Origin: Chloroflexia bacterium
GTDB lineage: Bacteria > Chloroflexota > Chloroflexia > QHBQ01 > JAICKM01
Assembly (NCBI GenBank): GCA_050998805.1
Contig: JBPCPV010000009.1
Coordinates: forward strand, 6,699-70,698
DNA: 64,000 nucleotides
Direction: 5' to 3'
Positions 18,812-28,886 of this stretch are shown here, in pieces. How positions within the stretch are numbered: the first letter of the stretch is position 1; every line of letters starts with the position of its first letter. Made by a program: the position numbers and the translations under genes. Below the pieces are notes generated by a model. The model did not search any database and was not told where the DNA came from. It saw only the letters and a program-made list of their open reading frames with translations.

Positions 18812-21800
18812 CTCGCCGGAGGGTTGACGATGCTCAGGTAGACGATCTTGGAGATCTGCCCCCGCGTCGCGTTGTTGTACGGGCGGAACGTACCGTCCGA
18901 GTAGCCGCTTACGATGCCGTGGCAGACCGCCGTCTCGATCACCGTGTAGAACGTCGAGCCGCGCGGCACATCGGTGAACGTCGGCACGGCCGGGTTGTAG
19001 AGCGCCCAGCCCGCCGCGATCACATCTATCTTCGACAACTGGCCCCGCGTCACGCTGTTATACGGCAGGAAGTAGGGCCGATTTATGCTGTCGCACGGCC
19101 CCGCCGGTGCCGCGCCGCACCGGTAGCCGCTTACGATGCCGTCAGCCGCCGCCGTCTCGACCACCGGGAAGAACGGGTTGCTCGGCGGCACATCGGTGAA
19201 TGTGTGTGCCCCGCCACCCGGCGTTGTGATAGGCTTGTTGAAGCCGAGCACCACGATCTTGACCATCTGTGAGCGTGTAGTCGTGTTGTACGGACGGAAC
19301 GTGCCGTCGTTGTACCCGCTGACCACCCCGTGGCAGTAGAGGTATGTCACCGACGTGTAGAAGTAGTCGCTCGGATGCACGTCGGAGAAGGTGATCACGC
19401 ACACGGTGGCTGTGGCAGTCGGAGTTTCAGTTGGGGCTGGCGGCCTGGTGGCGGTCGGCGTGGGGCCGGGCGGCTGCGTCGGCGTGGCGGTTGCTATCGG
19501 AGGTTGGGTTGGAGTGTCCGTCGGTGTGGTGACGGCCGGCTGGGTTGGAGTCGGCGAGATGCCGGGCGACCGGGTGGCCGTCACGCTCGGCGGCACAACT
19601 GTAGCCGTTGCGCTCGGCAGGACAGTCGCAGGGAGTGGCGTTGCCGTCACGCTCGGCAAGACGGTAGCCGGGAGCGGTGTCACGGTTGCGCTTGGCAGGA
19701 CGGTCGCGGGCGGTTGCGTCACAGTGGGGCTGGGAAGCACCGTCGCGGGGAGCGGCGTGATGGTTGGCGTGGGCAGGACAGTCGCGGGGAGTGGTGTCAC
19801 GGTTGGGCTGGGAAGCACAGTAGCTGGCAGCGGCGTCACGGTTGGGCTGGGAAGCACGGTAGCGGGGAGCGGGGTCGCGCTCGCGGTCATCGTCGCGGTC
19901 GGCGGCACTGCCGTCGCAGTGGCTGTCACGCTCGGAGGCGCTGCTGTCGCCGTCACCGTCACGGTCGGCGGCTGCGGCGTGACCGTGACGGTGGCTGTCG
20001 CTCCCCCCGGAGTGGGGGTCGCGGTGCCGTTGCCGTTGCAGTCGAACACAAGGTCGTCGAAATAGATCGTTGCGGGGTTGCCGTCTGAGGTGTAGAAGAC
20101 GGCTTTATAACGCGCCGAGAGCGTGTTCGCCGGAGCGGTCATGTTCATGGTGACGTATTGCCAGTTCGGGCCGTTGTTGCCGAGGAACATGTCGGCGTTA
20201 GTGCCCGAGCAGGTGCCAGGCGTCGTACATGGATACCATGTGATCCTGATCCGCGCCGACTGTATATTCGTGGCGCTACGCAGCACCGCCGCGCCGACGT
20301 AATAGCTTGCCCCTGCCACAATATTCGTCATGTCTTGCTGGATGCCCTGCGAGCCGCCGTTGCCTGCGGTGAACACGCTGGTCACCGAGATCGCGTACAT
20401 CCCACCGTTCACCGGCGTGGTCACTACCGTGGCCGTGATGCCAGGAGTGGTCGTCGCCCAGGGTGCCATGCTCCCTGTCTCGAAATCGCCGTTGAGCAGG
20501 TAGTTGCATGCCGGAGTCTGGATCGGGGTCGGCGTGACGGTCTGGGTCGGAGTGAAGGTCGGCCCGCCGGGGGTCACGGTCGCTGTGGCCGTCGGCCCGC
20601 CGGGTGTGACCGTGGCGGTCGCTGTGCCGAGCACGGGGGTGAACGTCGGCGTTGCGGTCGTCGTGCATGGACCGACATATCCCACGCTCCAGTCGTAGTC
20701 GAACACATCCTTGAAGTACTGGTAGCCGGCGTTCGACGTGATCTGGAGGCCGATCTCTCGGTTGTTCTTCGATGCGTTCTCCGAGCCGTTGATGCTCGTC
20801 GTATGCACCGTGCCGATGCCGCCGTGCCGCACCAGCACTAACTTGTTGTGGATCTCCCCGCCGGAGGGTGCGCCCATCTTCGCCTGCAAGTTCGCCAGGC
20901 CCATCCCGTTCACGTAGGCCACGGTCGCCACATTGTGCGTCGGGCTGCAATTGTTGTAGTCGAAGAAGGAGTCGAGCATGATCCGCACGTTCGCCCCACG
21001 CCGCGCCGCCGCGATATACGCTTCGAGGCGCGGGTTCGGGCCGACCGTCGGGCTGGTCTGCCAGTACGTCCGCTCATACTGCTGCTCGACCTCCACCTCG
21101 TCTCCTGCCCCCGCCGAGTTCACCAGCCCCAGTAGGCTGTCCTGGTCGCGCAGTTCGTTGTCCGGCGACTGCACGATCTCGATCCGCTCGGTCTCGGTCA
21201 CCACCAGCGGCGTCGGCTTCACAGGCTGATAGGAAGTGTAGTCGGGGCTGTTCAGCGTCGGCGTGAACGTCGGCCCCGGAGTGCCGAAGCCCGGGGCGGT
21301 GTTCCATCGCACCAGGTCCAAATACTTGCCGGGCTGGAAGTCGAAGTTCCGCAGCCGCTTCGCGTAGGCCACCGTCTGGGGCGCGTTCGTGATCACGAAC
21401 GACCCACGGTTGCCGTAGGTGCCGTTCGCCTTCGGATCATTCGGCATCCCGCTCAGGGAGAAGTTCTCCGAGCCGGTAGCCAGCCAGGTGTCGTCCACGA
21501 TCATGAACTTCGCGTGGGTGTTGTTGTAGCGGTACTCGTCGTTGCCGGTGGCCGGGGTGCCGCTGAAGAAGTAAACCGGGATGCCTGCCCCCTCCCACTG
21601 CTGCGCGCTCCATAGCGTCTCATCGTCGGGCAGCTGATTGCAGCAGGGGTTGCCGTCTATCACGATGCTCACGTTCACACCCCGGTTGTGGGCCGCGATG
21701 ATGTCGAAGACAAGCGGCGCGGCGTGCCATTCGTATGTCTCGATCGATATCGACTGCGTGGCTTGGATCAGCAGGTTATGCACCGGGTCGAAGGTGTTGT

Positions 21801-23334
21801 CGGGCGCGACCATGAACTCGGTCGTCACGTTTGCCTCGGTATAGACCTTCGTGAAGAACATGTCCTCGTTCGCTGGGTCGGTCAGCGCCCAGCCGGGCCG
21901 TAGTAGCTTCTTGCCGTTGATGTCGTCGTTTTCGCGGCCCGGCGTCGGCGTGCCGCCCGCCGGGTCGTTATCCTGCGCCCAGTCGTCCTTCGTGTCGGTG
22001 TCGGTCACCGGCCTCTCCGTCGCCTGGTCGAGCTTGCGGTAGAAGATCAGCCCGTCCGCCGTCACCGGGAAGAACGTATAGTACTGCACCGCCTGTCCGC
22101 TCCAGCCGGGCGTGCCTGTGTTGCCGGTGCCGTAGACCAGCGTATCCTGACCGGCGCTCGTGTTGTCGAGCAGTTGGACCGACCCGCCGGTGTTGGCGAA
22201 CGTGTAGCCTGCGGTCGCGCTCGCCTGGGGCACCGCCGGGTCGGTGTCCGCGCCGTACTCATAGTCGGGGTTGAAGCCGAAGTAGGTTCGGAAGCCGCTC
22301 GCCGTGTCCGCGATCCAGATCTTGCCGCCCGCCGGGATTGTCGCGGTCATCGGCAGCGTGATCAGGCCGCCGGTCTCGTTCTGTATCTGCCAGCCGCCGA
22401 CGCTCGCGGTCGCGGTGCCGGTGTTGATCAGCCGCACCGCCTCGTCGGGCTGTGGCGTCGCCGTCGTAAGCCCATATGCATAGAGCATGTACAGCTTGAC
22501 GGTACCGCCCCCCACCGGTGGGGGCGTCGCCGTTGGCGTGCTGGTCGGGCCGCCGGGTGTAACGGTCGCGGTCGCGGTGCTGGTCGGGCCGGCCGGCGTC
22601 GGCGTGCTCACCGTCCCGCAGATGTTCGCCGGAGACGCGCTGTTGCGGGGCGTCGGCGTCGCGGCGGTGAAGTCGGCGGCGTTGTTGTCGGTGTCGGTGC
22701 AGCCGCCGCCGTTGCGGATGTCCGCAGTGGTGTTGCTCGGCGGCGGCGCGGGGCTGAACTCGGAGCAGGTCGCCGAGAGGCCGTAGCCCACGAAATCAAC
22801 AATGTTCGCGCCGCTCGGGCAAGTGCCGGAGAGCTGGATGTTGTTGTTCACCAGCGCGACCTTCCCTGTCGTCGCGCTCATGTTGATGCCGCCGATAACG
22901 TCCGGTGTCGGCAGCGGCTGCCCAACCGCCCCGCCCGACGCCTCTTGCACAAGCAGATACCGCCACGGCTGTATCGTGATCGTGCCGGTCAGCGTAGTCA
23001 CCTGCCAGACATTGCTGGTCGCCGGAGCGTACTGCACCGACCAGTTGTTCATCGTGACCGGCGTGTTGCTCAGGTTGAACACCTCGATGAAGTCGTTCGT
23101 ATACGTCGCGCCACTGTTCCCGCCGCCCCCGTAGACCTGGCTCACCACCAGCGACGTGGACCCGACGTGGGGCGCGGCCCCCGCCCCGCCGCCCTGCCCC
23201 ACCGCATGAGCCGCCGATATAGGCCGCTCCGGCCCCCCCGTCACGATCAGCGCAAGCAGCACTACACACAGCCCCATCACTGCCGCCGGGATGATAAACC
23301 TGCGTTGCTGTTTCGCGGTACCTGTCACGTACAT
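18793..23334 (-). CDS. Large secreted protein: lamin-tail domains, phospholipase D-like domains, CBM-like domain, Pro/Thr repeats and SLH domains
   Basis: VVSQVYGGGG..NDFIEVFN (LTD); HAKFMIVDD and HNKLVLV (HKD-type); LLNGDFETG (CBM4/9-like); GYNDGTFRP/TRGQ SLH motifs. Confidence 0.85.
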   Translation of the reverse strand: MYVTGTAKQQRRFIIPAAVMGLCVVLLALIVTGGPERPISAAHAVGQGGGAGAAPHVGSTSLVVSQVYGGGGNSGATYTNDFIEVFNLSNTPVTMNNWSVQYAPATSNVWQVTTLTGTITIQPWRYLLVQEASGGAVGQPLPTPDVIGGINMSATTGKVALVNNNIQLSGTCPSGANIVDFVGYGLSATCSEFSPAPPPSNTTADIRNGGGCTDTDNNAADFTAATPTPRNSASPANICGTVSTPTPAGPTSTATATVTPGGPTSTPTATPPPVGGGTVKLYMLYAYGLTTATPQPDEAVRLINTGTATASVGGWQIQNETGGLITLPMTATIPAGGKIWIADTASGFRTYFGFNPDYEYGADTDPAVPQASATAGYTFANTGGSVQLLDNTSAGQDTLVYGTGNTGTPGWSGQAVQYYTFFPVTADGLIFYRKLDQATERPVTDTDTKDDWAQDNDPAGGTPTPGRENDDINGKKLLRPGWALTDPANEDMFFTKVYTEANVTTEFMVAPDNTFDPVHNLLIQATQSISIETYEWHAAPLVFDIIAAHNRGVNVSIVIDGNPCCNQLPDDETLWSAQQWEGAGIPVYFFSGTPATGNDEYRYNNTHAKFMIVDDTWLATGSENFSLSGMPNDPKANGTYGNRGSFVITNAPQTVAYAKRLRNFDFQPGKYLDLVRWNTAPGFGTPGPTFTPTLNSPDYTSYQPVKPTPLVVTETERIEIVQSPDNELRDQDSLLGLVNSAGAGDEVEVEQQYERTYWQTSPTVGPNPRLEAYIAAARRGANVRIMLDSFFDYNNCSPTHNVATVAYVNGMGLANLQAKMGAPSGGEIHNKLVLVRHGGIGTVHTTSINGSENASKNNREIGLQITSNAGYQYFKDVFDYDWSVGYVGPCTTTATPTFTPVLGTATATVTPGGPTATATVTPGGPTFTPTQTVTPTPIQTPACNYLLNGDFETGSMAPWATTTPGITATVVTTPVNGGMYAISVTSVFTAGNGGSQGIQQDMTNIVAGASYYVGAAVLRSATNIQSARIRITWYPCTTPGTCSGTNADMFLGNNGPNWQYVTMNMTAPANTLSARYKAVFYTSDGNPATIYFDDLVFDCNGNGTATPTPGGATATVTVTPQPPTVTVTATAAPPSVTATATAVPPTATMTASATPLPATVLPSPTVTPLPATVLPSPTVTPLPATVLPTPTITPLPATVLPSPTVTQPPATVLPSATVTPLPATVLPSVTATPLPATVLPSATATVVPPSVTATRSPGISPTPTQPAVTTPTDTPTQPPIATATPTQPPGPTPTATRPPAPTETPTATATVCVITFSDVHPSDYFYTSVTYLYCHGVVSGYNDGTFRPYNTTTRSQMVKIVVLGFNKPITTPGGGAHTFTDVPPSNPFFPVVETAAADGIVSGYRCGAAPAGPCDSINRPYFLPYNSVTRGQLSKIDVIAAGWALYNPAVPTFTDVPRGSTFYTVIETAVCHGIVSGYSDGTFRPYNNATRGQISKIVYLSIVNPPASCGPPR
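19600..19880 (-). repeat. Intragenic ~39-nt tandem repeat encoding (TPLPATVLPSPTV) about 7 times
   Basis: Visible in the translation of 18793-23334; codons are diverged between units. Confidence 0.85.
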
Positions 23335-23460
23335 GCGCGTTAGCTCCTTCGTTCTTTTCGTGTTTTTTCGTGGATCGGCTTTTTGACCCTATCGACCCCC
23401 AGATTATAGCACAGGAAGTTTAACTGCGTGTTAAGGTTTCGGGCGCATGGGTTCTCCTCT

Positions 23461-24448
23461 TCAACCGGTCAGGAAGGCCCGCAGCCGGTCCAGCCCCGTG
23501 GTGACGATCTGTTGCCAGCGATCCCGCACGTATATGTCGTCTTGCAGGCCGATGTCCCAGACCAGGTTCTGAATGCGCCGCAGTTGGGTGAGTGTGGTCA
23601 GAACGGTTCCGGGGTCTGGCGGCAGGGGCCGGGTGGCCCCGTAGCCGGCCTGCTGGCCGGCTCGCAGCGCGGGAAAGCCTGGGTAATGCTCCACCTCAAA
23701 GGTGGTGACGGCCAGGTCATAGAGGAACGGGGCGTAGCCACAGTCGTCAAAGTCGAGCAGGTGGACCTGCCCGTGATGGAACAGGTAATTCCACTGGTGC
23801 AGGTCCGAGTGGATCAGCCCGTAGGCGTCGGGGCCGTGGCCTAATCCGTCCAGCGTGGCGGCTATGCGGTCCAGAGCGGCTTCGACCAGTGCCACGTCGC
23901 CCGGCGGGCGCACCCCTGCCACCAGCGGCACCACGGCGGCCCGCGGGGCGGGAATGTCGTCAATCCGTGGGCGGGTGAAGCCGGGCGGCGGCTGGAAGCC
24001 CTGCGCGTGGTCCTGCAACTGGGCCGTGAGCCGGCCCACCTGCTCCAGGTGGCGAGGCATCAGCCCGGCCTGCACAAAGCGGCCCGGCACCCAGCGAAAC
24101 AGCGCGCAGATGCGCGGCTCGGGCACGCCGGGCGCGCCGGCCACCGTCAGCAGCGCACCCCGCTGGTGTGTACTGGGTCGGGGACGACCAACTCCGTATC
24201 GCGGTTCAGCGCCACCAGCCAGGCCAGTTCCGACTGCACCTCGGCCACGGTACTCTTGCCCGGCCGCGTGATTCGCAAGGCATAGCGGTTGCCCCGGCGT
24301 CGGTCACCTGGAACGTCGTGTTGAAGGCGTGGACCAGCGGAGCGAGGCGCGCCCCCGGCAGGTCGTACTCGGCCAGGGCTGCTGCGGCGAGCCGTTTCAG
24401 GCGGCCCACCTGCGCCCGGTGGCTCAACCCGGTAAACGATTCCATCAC
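23461..24448 (-). pseudogene. Phosphotransferase enzyme family (APH/homoserine kinase type II-like), split by two frameshifts
   Basis: Three ORF pieces join to ...NTTFQV..RYALRI..ELAWL..VPDPV..IHSDLHQWN..LLDFDD. Both shifts fall in G4 runs (+ strand 24292-24295 and 24158-24161) and may be sequencing errors. Confidence 0.8.
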
Positions 24449-24454
24449 GTTTCG

Positions 24455-25429
24455 TTAACCAAGAAACTCGATCTCCTCCCCCGCGCCCGCCGCCAGCGCC
24501 TTGCGGTAGGCCAGCGCCCCCGCCGCCACGTCTTCGAGGCCGATGCCCAGCGACTTGAACACCGTGATCTCCTCGTCGTCGTTCCGCCCAGCGATCTGCC
24601 CGCAGACTATCTGCCGCAGCTCGACCAGCTTCTCCCAGTAGAGCATCCCCCGCTCCCACGGGCCGATTAGGTCGCTCGCCTCCAGCCGCGCCTGCTCCGC
24701 CGAATCGACCGCGACACGCCCCGCCCGCCGTATGATCTCGTCGTCCAGCTCCCGCCGCATCAGCATGTTCGCGCCCGCCGCGTTGATATGCGTGCCCGAC
24801 GCGATCCACTCCGCCTGTAGCACCGGCTCCCGCGCCGTAGTCGCCGTCACCACTATGTCGGCCCCGCCGGCCGCCTCCTCCGCCGACCCCACCGCCTCCG
24901 CAGCGATGCCGAGCGCCCCGCCGACCTCTGCGGCGAACGCCTCCCGCTTCGCCTGCGTCGGGCTATAGACCCGCAGCCTCCCCACCGGGCGCACCGCGCA
25001 GACCGCTTCGATCTGCGTCCGCGCCTGGAACCCCGCGCCGATGCAGCCGAGCGTGATCGGTGCTGCCGAGCCTCCCGCCCGCGCCATGTAGCGCGTCGCC
25101 ACGCCGCTCGCCGCGCCGGTACGCAACTGCCCCAGCCTGTCCGCCTCGATCAGCGCGAGCAGCCGCCCGTCGTCGCTGCCGTAGAGCGCTACCATGAAGC
25201 GTGTCTTTGGCCGGAAGCCGGTATACGCCTTGAAGCCGAGCACCCCCTGCCCCGGCAGCGCAGCCCCCAGCATGTGCAGCGTTCCGCCGCCGGGCGCGCG
25301 CACCCTCCGACGCGTCTCGTTCGTCGCCTCCCCTGCCCCCTGCTCCCGAAACGCCCCGTCCAGCGCCTCGATCACCTCCTCCATCGTCACAAGCCGCTCA
25401 ACGTCGGCCTCCCGCACTATCAGCGCCAT
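24455..25429 (-). CDS. Ornithine cyclodeaminase/mu-crystallin family protein
   Basis: LRTGAASGVA, IGAGFQARTQ, GTHINAAG, FKSLGIGLEDVA. Confidence 0.92.
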   Translation of the reverse strand: MALIVREADVERLVTMEEVIEALDGAFREQGAGEATNETRRRVRAPGGGTLHMLGAALPGQGVLGFKAYTGFRPKTRFMVALYGSDDGRLLALIEADRLGQLRTGAASGVATRYMARAGGSAAPITLGCIGAGFQARTQIEAVCAVRPVGRLRVYSPTQAKREAFAAEVGGALGIAAEAVGSAEEAAGGADIVVTATTAREPVLQAEWIASGTHINAAGANMLMRRELDDEIIRRAGRVAVDSAEQARLEASDLIGPWERGMLYWEKLVELRQIVCGQIAGRNDDEEITVFKSLGIGLEDVAAGALAYRKALAAGAGEEIEFLG

Positions 25430-25455
25430 GTCGTTCCCCTCCAGTGAGACTGCTT

Positions 25456-25962
25456 CTAGTCTTCTATGCCACGACCAGTAACCACGAAGTGATCTAGAGA
25501 GCCCCTAGTCAACAACCTCCACATTTCAGTTTCTAGAGAGCTGTCCGGGAACACCTCAATTATAAACCCTTGCGTTAGAGCAATACGGATGCTGCCCACG
25601 TCATCTGATTCAACCGACTCGACTACCGGTTGCGACCCCGACCATCCAGCCAGCAAGCCGGCTACTCGTTGATCACGCTGCGTGCTCTCTGCTTCTGCCC
25701 AATCAAAGTTCTCATCCACTACACGTGGGTCGCCGGCGGGATAGTAAAGGTCACCAGAACCTACTATAATGCCTTGGGGTCCAACGATTCGCCACGTACA
25801 CTGGATATGGAGCGCATACTCGCCCCGCTTCCCAGAGCCATATCTACCGCTGACGACTTCAAGCTCGCCGAATTGAAACATCTCCATGTTTACTGCTCGG
25901 TATGCAGCTGATAAGCTAGCCCCGACCAATACCCCAAGTGCGTTTTCGACCTCTGTTTTCAT
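25456..25962 (-). CDS. Hypothetical protein (lower GC than flanks)
   Basis: 168-aa ORF with EYALHIQCTWRI and IEVFPDS..EMWRLL motifs; codon usage differs from neighbours. Confidence 0.7.
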   Translation of the reverse strand: MKTEVENALGVLVGASLSAAYRAVNMEMFQFGELEVVSGRYGSGKRGEYALHIQCTWRIVGPQGIIVGSGDLYYPAGDPRVVDENFDWAEAESTQRDQRVAGLLAGWSGSQPVVESVESDDVGSIRIALTQGFIIEVFPDSSLETEMWRLLTRGSLDHFVVTGRGIED

Positions 25963-26140
25963 GCTTGCAAACCCCCTTCCCCGCGGTCAGCGGTCGGTAG
26001 GCGACCGTTCTCGGGCTAGGGGCAGGTTTCAAACTCGCGACCTTGCACCCACCGCCCCTTCCGTGTATAGTTACCCCAAACAACTCGCCCACCGCCAACT
26101 GTCTATCGCTCGTGGACGGCCCATCCCTTGCCGACAAGCA

Positions 26141-26185
26141 TCGTAATTCATAACTCAAAACTCAAAACTCAAAACTCGTCCGTCC
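26141..26185 (+). repeat. 45-bp dispersed repeat with AAAACTC heptamer array (copy 1)
   Basis: 43/45 identical to the reverse complement of 50122-50166. Confidence 0.85.
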
Positions 26186-26199
26186 ACTGACCACTACGT

Positions 26200-26880
26200 A
26201 TGCAAACCCCCCGCACCCTCATTTACCTCGCCCTGGTGGCCGCGCTCGGTCTCTCTCTGCTCCCGCTTGGCCCCGCCACCCACGGCTCCGGCGCGACCCT
26301 CTACTTCGCCGGCACGAACTACATCGTCACCGGCCGCTTCCGAGACGTCTGGCTCGGCACCCACACCTACTCCGAGGGCATCGCAATCAACGGCCTGCCG
26401 ATCAGCGACCTCCACGACGAGGTGAACCCCGACGACGGCAAGACATATCAAGTCCAGTGGTTCGAGCGCGCCCGCTTCGAGCTTCACCCCGGCGCGAATC
26501 CCCCGAACGATGTGCTCCTCGGCCTCCTCGGCAAGGACGCAGTCTGGGCAACCCGCCGCACTGAGCCGCCATTCCAGCCGGTGCCCCAGCCGCCGGGTGT
26601 CGGCCCCGACCTTGCCTGGGCTTCAAGCACGCACCATACCATCCGCGGGCCGTTCCTACAGTTCTGGACCAAGTACGGCGGCCAGGCGCAGTTCGGCAGC
26701 CCCCTCTCCGAACCCTTCAACGAGACCCTCGAAGGCAAGCCATACCTGGTGCAGTACTTCGAGCGCAGCCGCTTCGAGTTTCACCCCGGCCTCGCCCCCG
26801 AATACGGCGGCGTCATACTCGGCACCCTCGGCAGCCTTCAATACCAGGCACGCTTCGGCACGCCCACGCCGGCACACTAG
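26200..26880 (+). CDS. Secreted protein made only of two Chloroflexota surface repeats
   Basis: Signal peptide; VQWFERARFELHP and VQYFERSRFEFHP repeats. Confidence 0.8.
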   Translation: MQTPRTLIYLALVAALGLSLLPLGPATHGSGATLYFAGTNYIVTGRFRDVWLGTHTYSEGIAINGLPISDLHDEVNPDDGKTYQVQWFERARFELHPGANPPNDVLLGLLGKDAVWATRRTEPPFQPVPQPPGVGPDLAWASSTHHTIRGPFLQFWTKYGGQAQFGSPLSEPFNETLEGKPYLVQYFERSRFEFHPGLAPEYGGVILGTLGSLQYQARFGTPTPAH

Positions 26881-27018
26881 AGCCTCCAACCGCCTCTCAC
26901 AACAAAGCGCCCACTCCCGATGAGTTAGGTGGTGGGTGCGCGGCTCAGGTTAAGCTGGTGTCAGTTGGATCAAACAGCGAGTGCGTAGCTATTTGATCTG
27001 CGAAGCCTGCTCTTTCTA

Positions 27019-28005
27019 TCATGGAGCAGATAGGGGTTCTGGGTTGTCTTCCACACTCTCGGCAAAATACCCGGGTACTGATTTACACCGAAAGCTGAGT
27101 TCAGAGGGTGTAGCAGGGCGACCGAAGACGACCGATAGCACAATTGGAGAAACATTTCCCCTATAAGGACCGACTAGCTGAACTTGGTCGGACAGCAGAT
27201 GGTAGACGAAGATGGTGCACACGGAAGGAGGACAGCCTTGACACCCGAGGGAGCCTCTTTGTGTGTCTGAGATCCAGGAGAAATCGGCAGCGTGGCCGTA
27301 CAGTGGATACCAACCATAGAAATATCCCTGCTTCTGTGCCAATTGCGTACCGAGCAGCCCCAGCAGCACCTCGTATGGAGTGCCTGCGTTCTCAGGGTGC
27401 AGCTCGAAGCGGCTGCGCTCGAAGTACTGCACAGTGTAGCTCTTGCCGTCAGTCGGGTTAGTTTCCTGGATAGGCTCGGTAATAGGGTAGCCGTGTACGA
27501 ACAGACCGCCGTGGCTCTGCCAGAGCTTCTTGAAGCTGCCGCTCAGGGTGTGGCCGGTCGGCTCGAAGTAGAGCGCGGCGGGGTCGGAGGGGCGAGGGGC
27601 AGGTGGGTCGGCAGGGTGGAAGAAGAGGCCGAGCGTGCCGAGCAGCACGGCATAGGGGCCGCCTGCGTTTTCGGGGTGGTACTCGAAGCGGTTGCGCTCG
27701 AAGTATTGGACTTGTAGCTGCTCGTTTTTCCGGTCGCTCGCATCGAAAAACTCCTCGGTGAGGGGGTAGCCGAACTGAGCGAGGCCGCCGTAGCGCGTCC
27801 AGTAGTCGAGGAAGGCACCGCGCAGGGTATGGCCGGTGGCGGGGAACCACTGCACGCCTGGCTGGTGAGGGTCAGGCACCGGGTCGGTCAGCAGGCGCGG
27901 CGGGGTGTCCTGGCGCGGAGGAACGGCGCTAGCGCCCGGAGAGAGTGGGGCGAGTAGCAATAGCAGAAGCAACGCAAGGGCGAGGCGATGTGCGGTGTGA
28001 GCCAT
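27019..28005 (-). CDS. Secreted protein with two Chloroflexota surface repeats and a Cys-containing low-GC C-terminal domain
   Basis: Signal peptide, two repeats, then YGHAADFSW...CQGCPPSVC...; AGGAGG RBS. Confidence 0.8.
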   Translation of the reverse strand: MAHTAHRLALALLLLLLLAPLSPGASAVPPRQDTPPRLLTDPVPDPHQPGVQWFPATGHTLRGAFLDYWTRYGGLAQFGYPLTEEFFDASDRKNEQLQVQYFERNRFEYHPENAGGPYAVLLGTLGLFFHPADPPAPRPSDPAALYFEPTGHTLSGSFKKLWQSHGGLFVHGYPITEPIQETNPTDGKSYTVQYFERSRFELHPENAGTPYEVLLGLLGTQLAQKQGYFYGWYPLYGHAADFSWISDTQRGSLGCQGCPPSVCTIFVYHLLSDQVQLVGPYRGNVSPIVLSVVFGRPATPSELSFRCKSVPGYFAESVEDNPEPLSAP

Positions 28006-28200
28006 CTTTAACAGCCTCCTTTCAAGGCTGTAGGGTAAAATCCATCCGCGATAGCGATATTATACAGCAACACCGAACAAAATGCAGGTAGCAATTTGCC
28101 TCGGATGTGCTATACTGGGGCATGTCTGCAAACAAAGCAGACCGAACGTTTGCATACTAAGACAGGAACAAACAACAGTGGACGCAGACGGAGGCAACTC

Positions 28201-28677
28201 ATGCACGCGCAAGCATACTATCACCACGGCATCATCGCCCACATCGCCGCCGCCCTCGAGGAATACCTCTGGCTCACCTCTCAGGTGCCCGAAGACCGCC
28301 TCGACACCCTCCTGCCGCCCGACGGCCTCAGCCTCCGCGACACCCTGATCAACCTCGGCCGCGACTTCGATATGCTTGCCTACCCACAGATCCTCGCCCT
28401 CCTCGACGGCAATCCACCGCCCCCGCTCCCATCCGACGACGACCTGGCCGCGACCCGCCGCTCCTGGGCCGCTGCCGACCTCATGCTCGCCATGAAGCAG
28501 ATCCGCTACCGCTTCCAGGCCGTCGAGGCCCGCCTCGCCGCCGCCCCGCCCGAAGCCTGGTTCACCGCCGACTCCGGACCCACCCCGCTCGCCCTCGCCT
28601 GTTTCGCGCTCTGGAAAATCTTGCTCTCCCATCTGACAGCTTTAGCAACTGCTATTCTACAGCAAAATACCGACTAA
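28201..28677 (+). CDS. DinB-like helical-bundle protein (tentative)
   Basis: GGAGG RBS, ATG 28201; VPEDRL...LSLRDTLINL...LSHL resembles the DinB superfamily pattern. Confidence 0.55.
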   Translation: MHAQAYYHHGIIAHIAAALEEYLWLTSQVPEDRLDTLLPPDGLSLRDTLINLGRDFDMLAYPQILALLDGNPPPPLPSDDDLAATRRSWAAADLMLAMKQIRYRFQAVEARLAAAPPEAWFTADSGPTPLALACFALWKILLSHLTALATAILQQNTD

Positions 28678-28760
28678 AGCTGAACCCCGCCTACTCCGAA
28701 AGACCGATACGCCTCCGCCTTTAGATGGATCTTTCGCGGAATCCGCTCCCCGAACCCCTG

Positions 28761-28818
28761 AATCTGGCAGTAAATGCCCCTCGAAATGGATATTAAAAGT
28801 GAGAGGGTAAAAATAGCG
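28761..28818 (+). repeat. 58-bp AT-rich conserved element (copy 1)
   Basis: 55/58 identical to the reverse complement of 50319-50376. Confidence 0.9.
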
Positions 28819-28886
28819 GCCGATCCGGCCCGATTCACCCCTCGCGTTTGACGTTTCGAGTTTCGCTCAACCAGGAGGGTAGGACG

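Noticed and set aside
27019-27320. Diversity-generating retroelement variable region
   Set aside because: No reverse transcriptase and no template repeat differing at adenines seen in the window.
28060-28200. CGAAC half-sites upstream of the DinB-like gene as LexA boxes
   Set aside because: The second half-sites (TGCAG, GCATA) deviate too far from GTTC.
28764-28778. CTGGCAGTAAATGC within the 58-bp element as a sigma54 promoter
   Set aside because: GG-GC spacing is 8 nt and there is no TT before GC.
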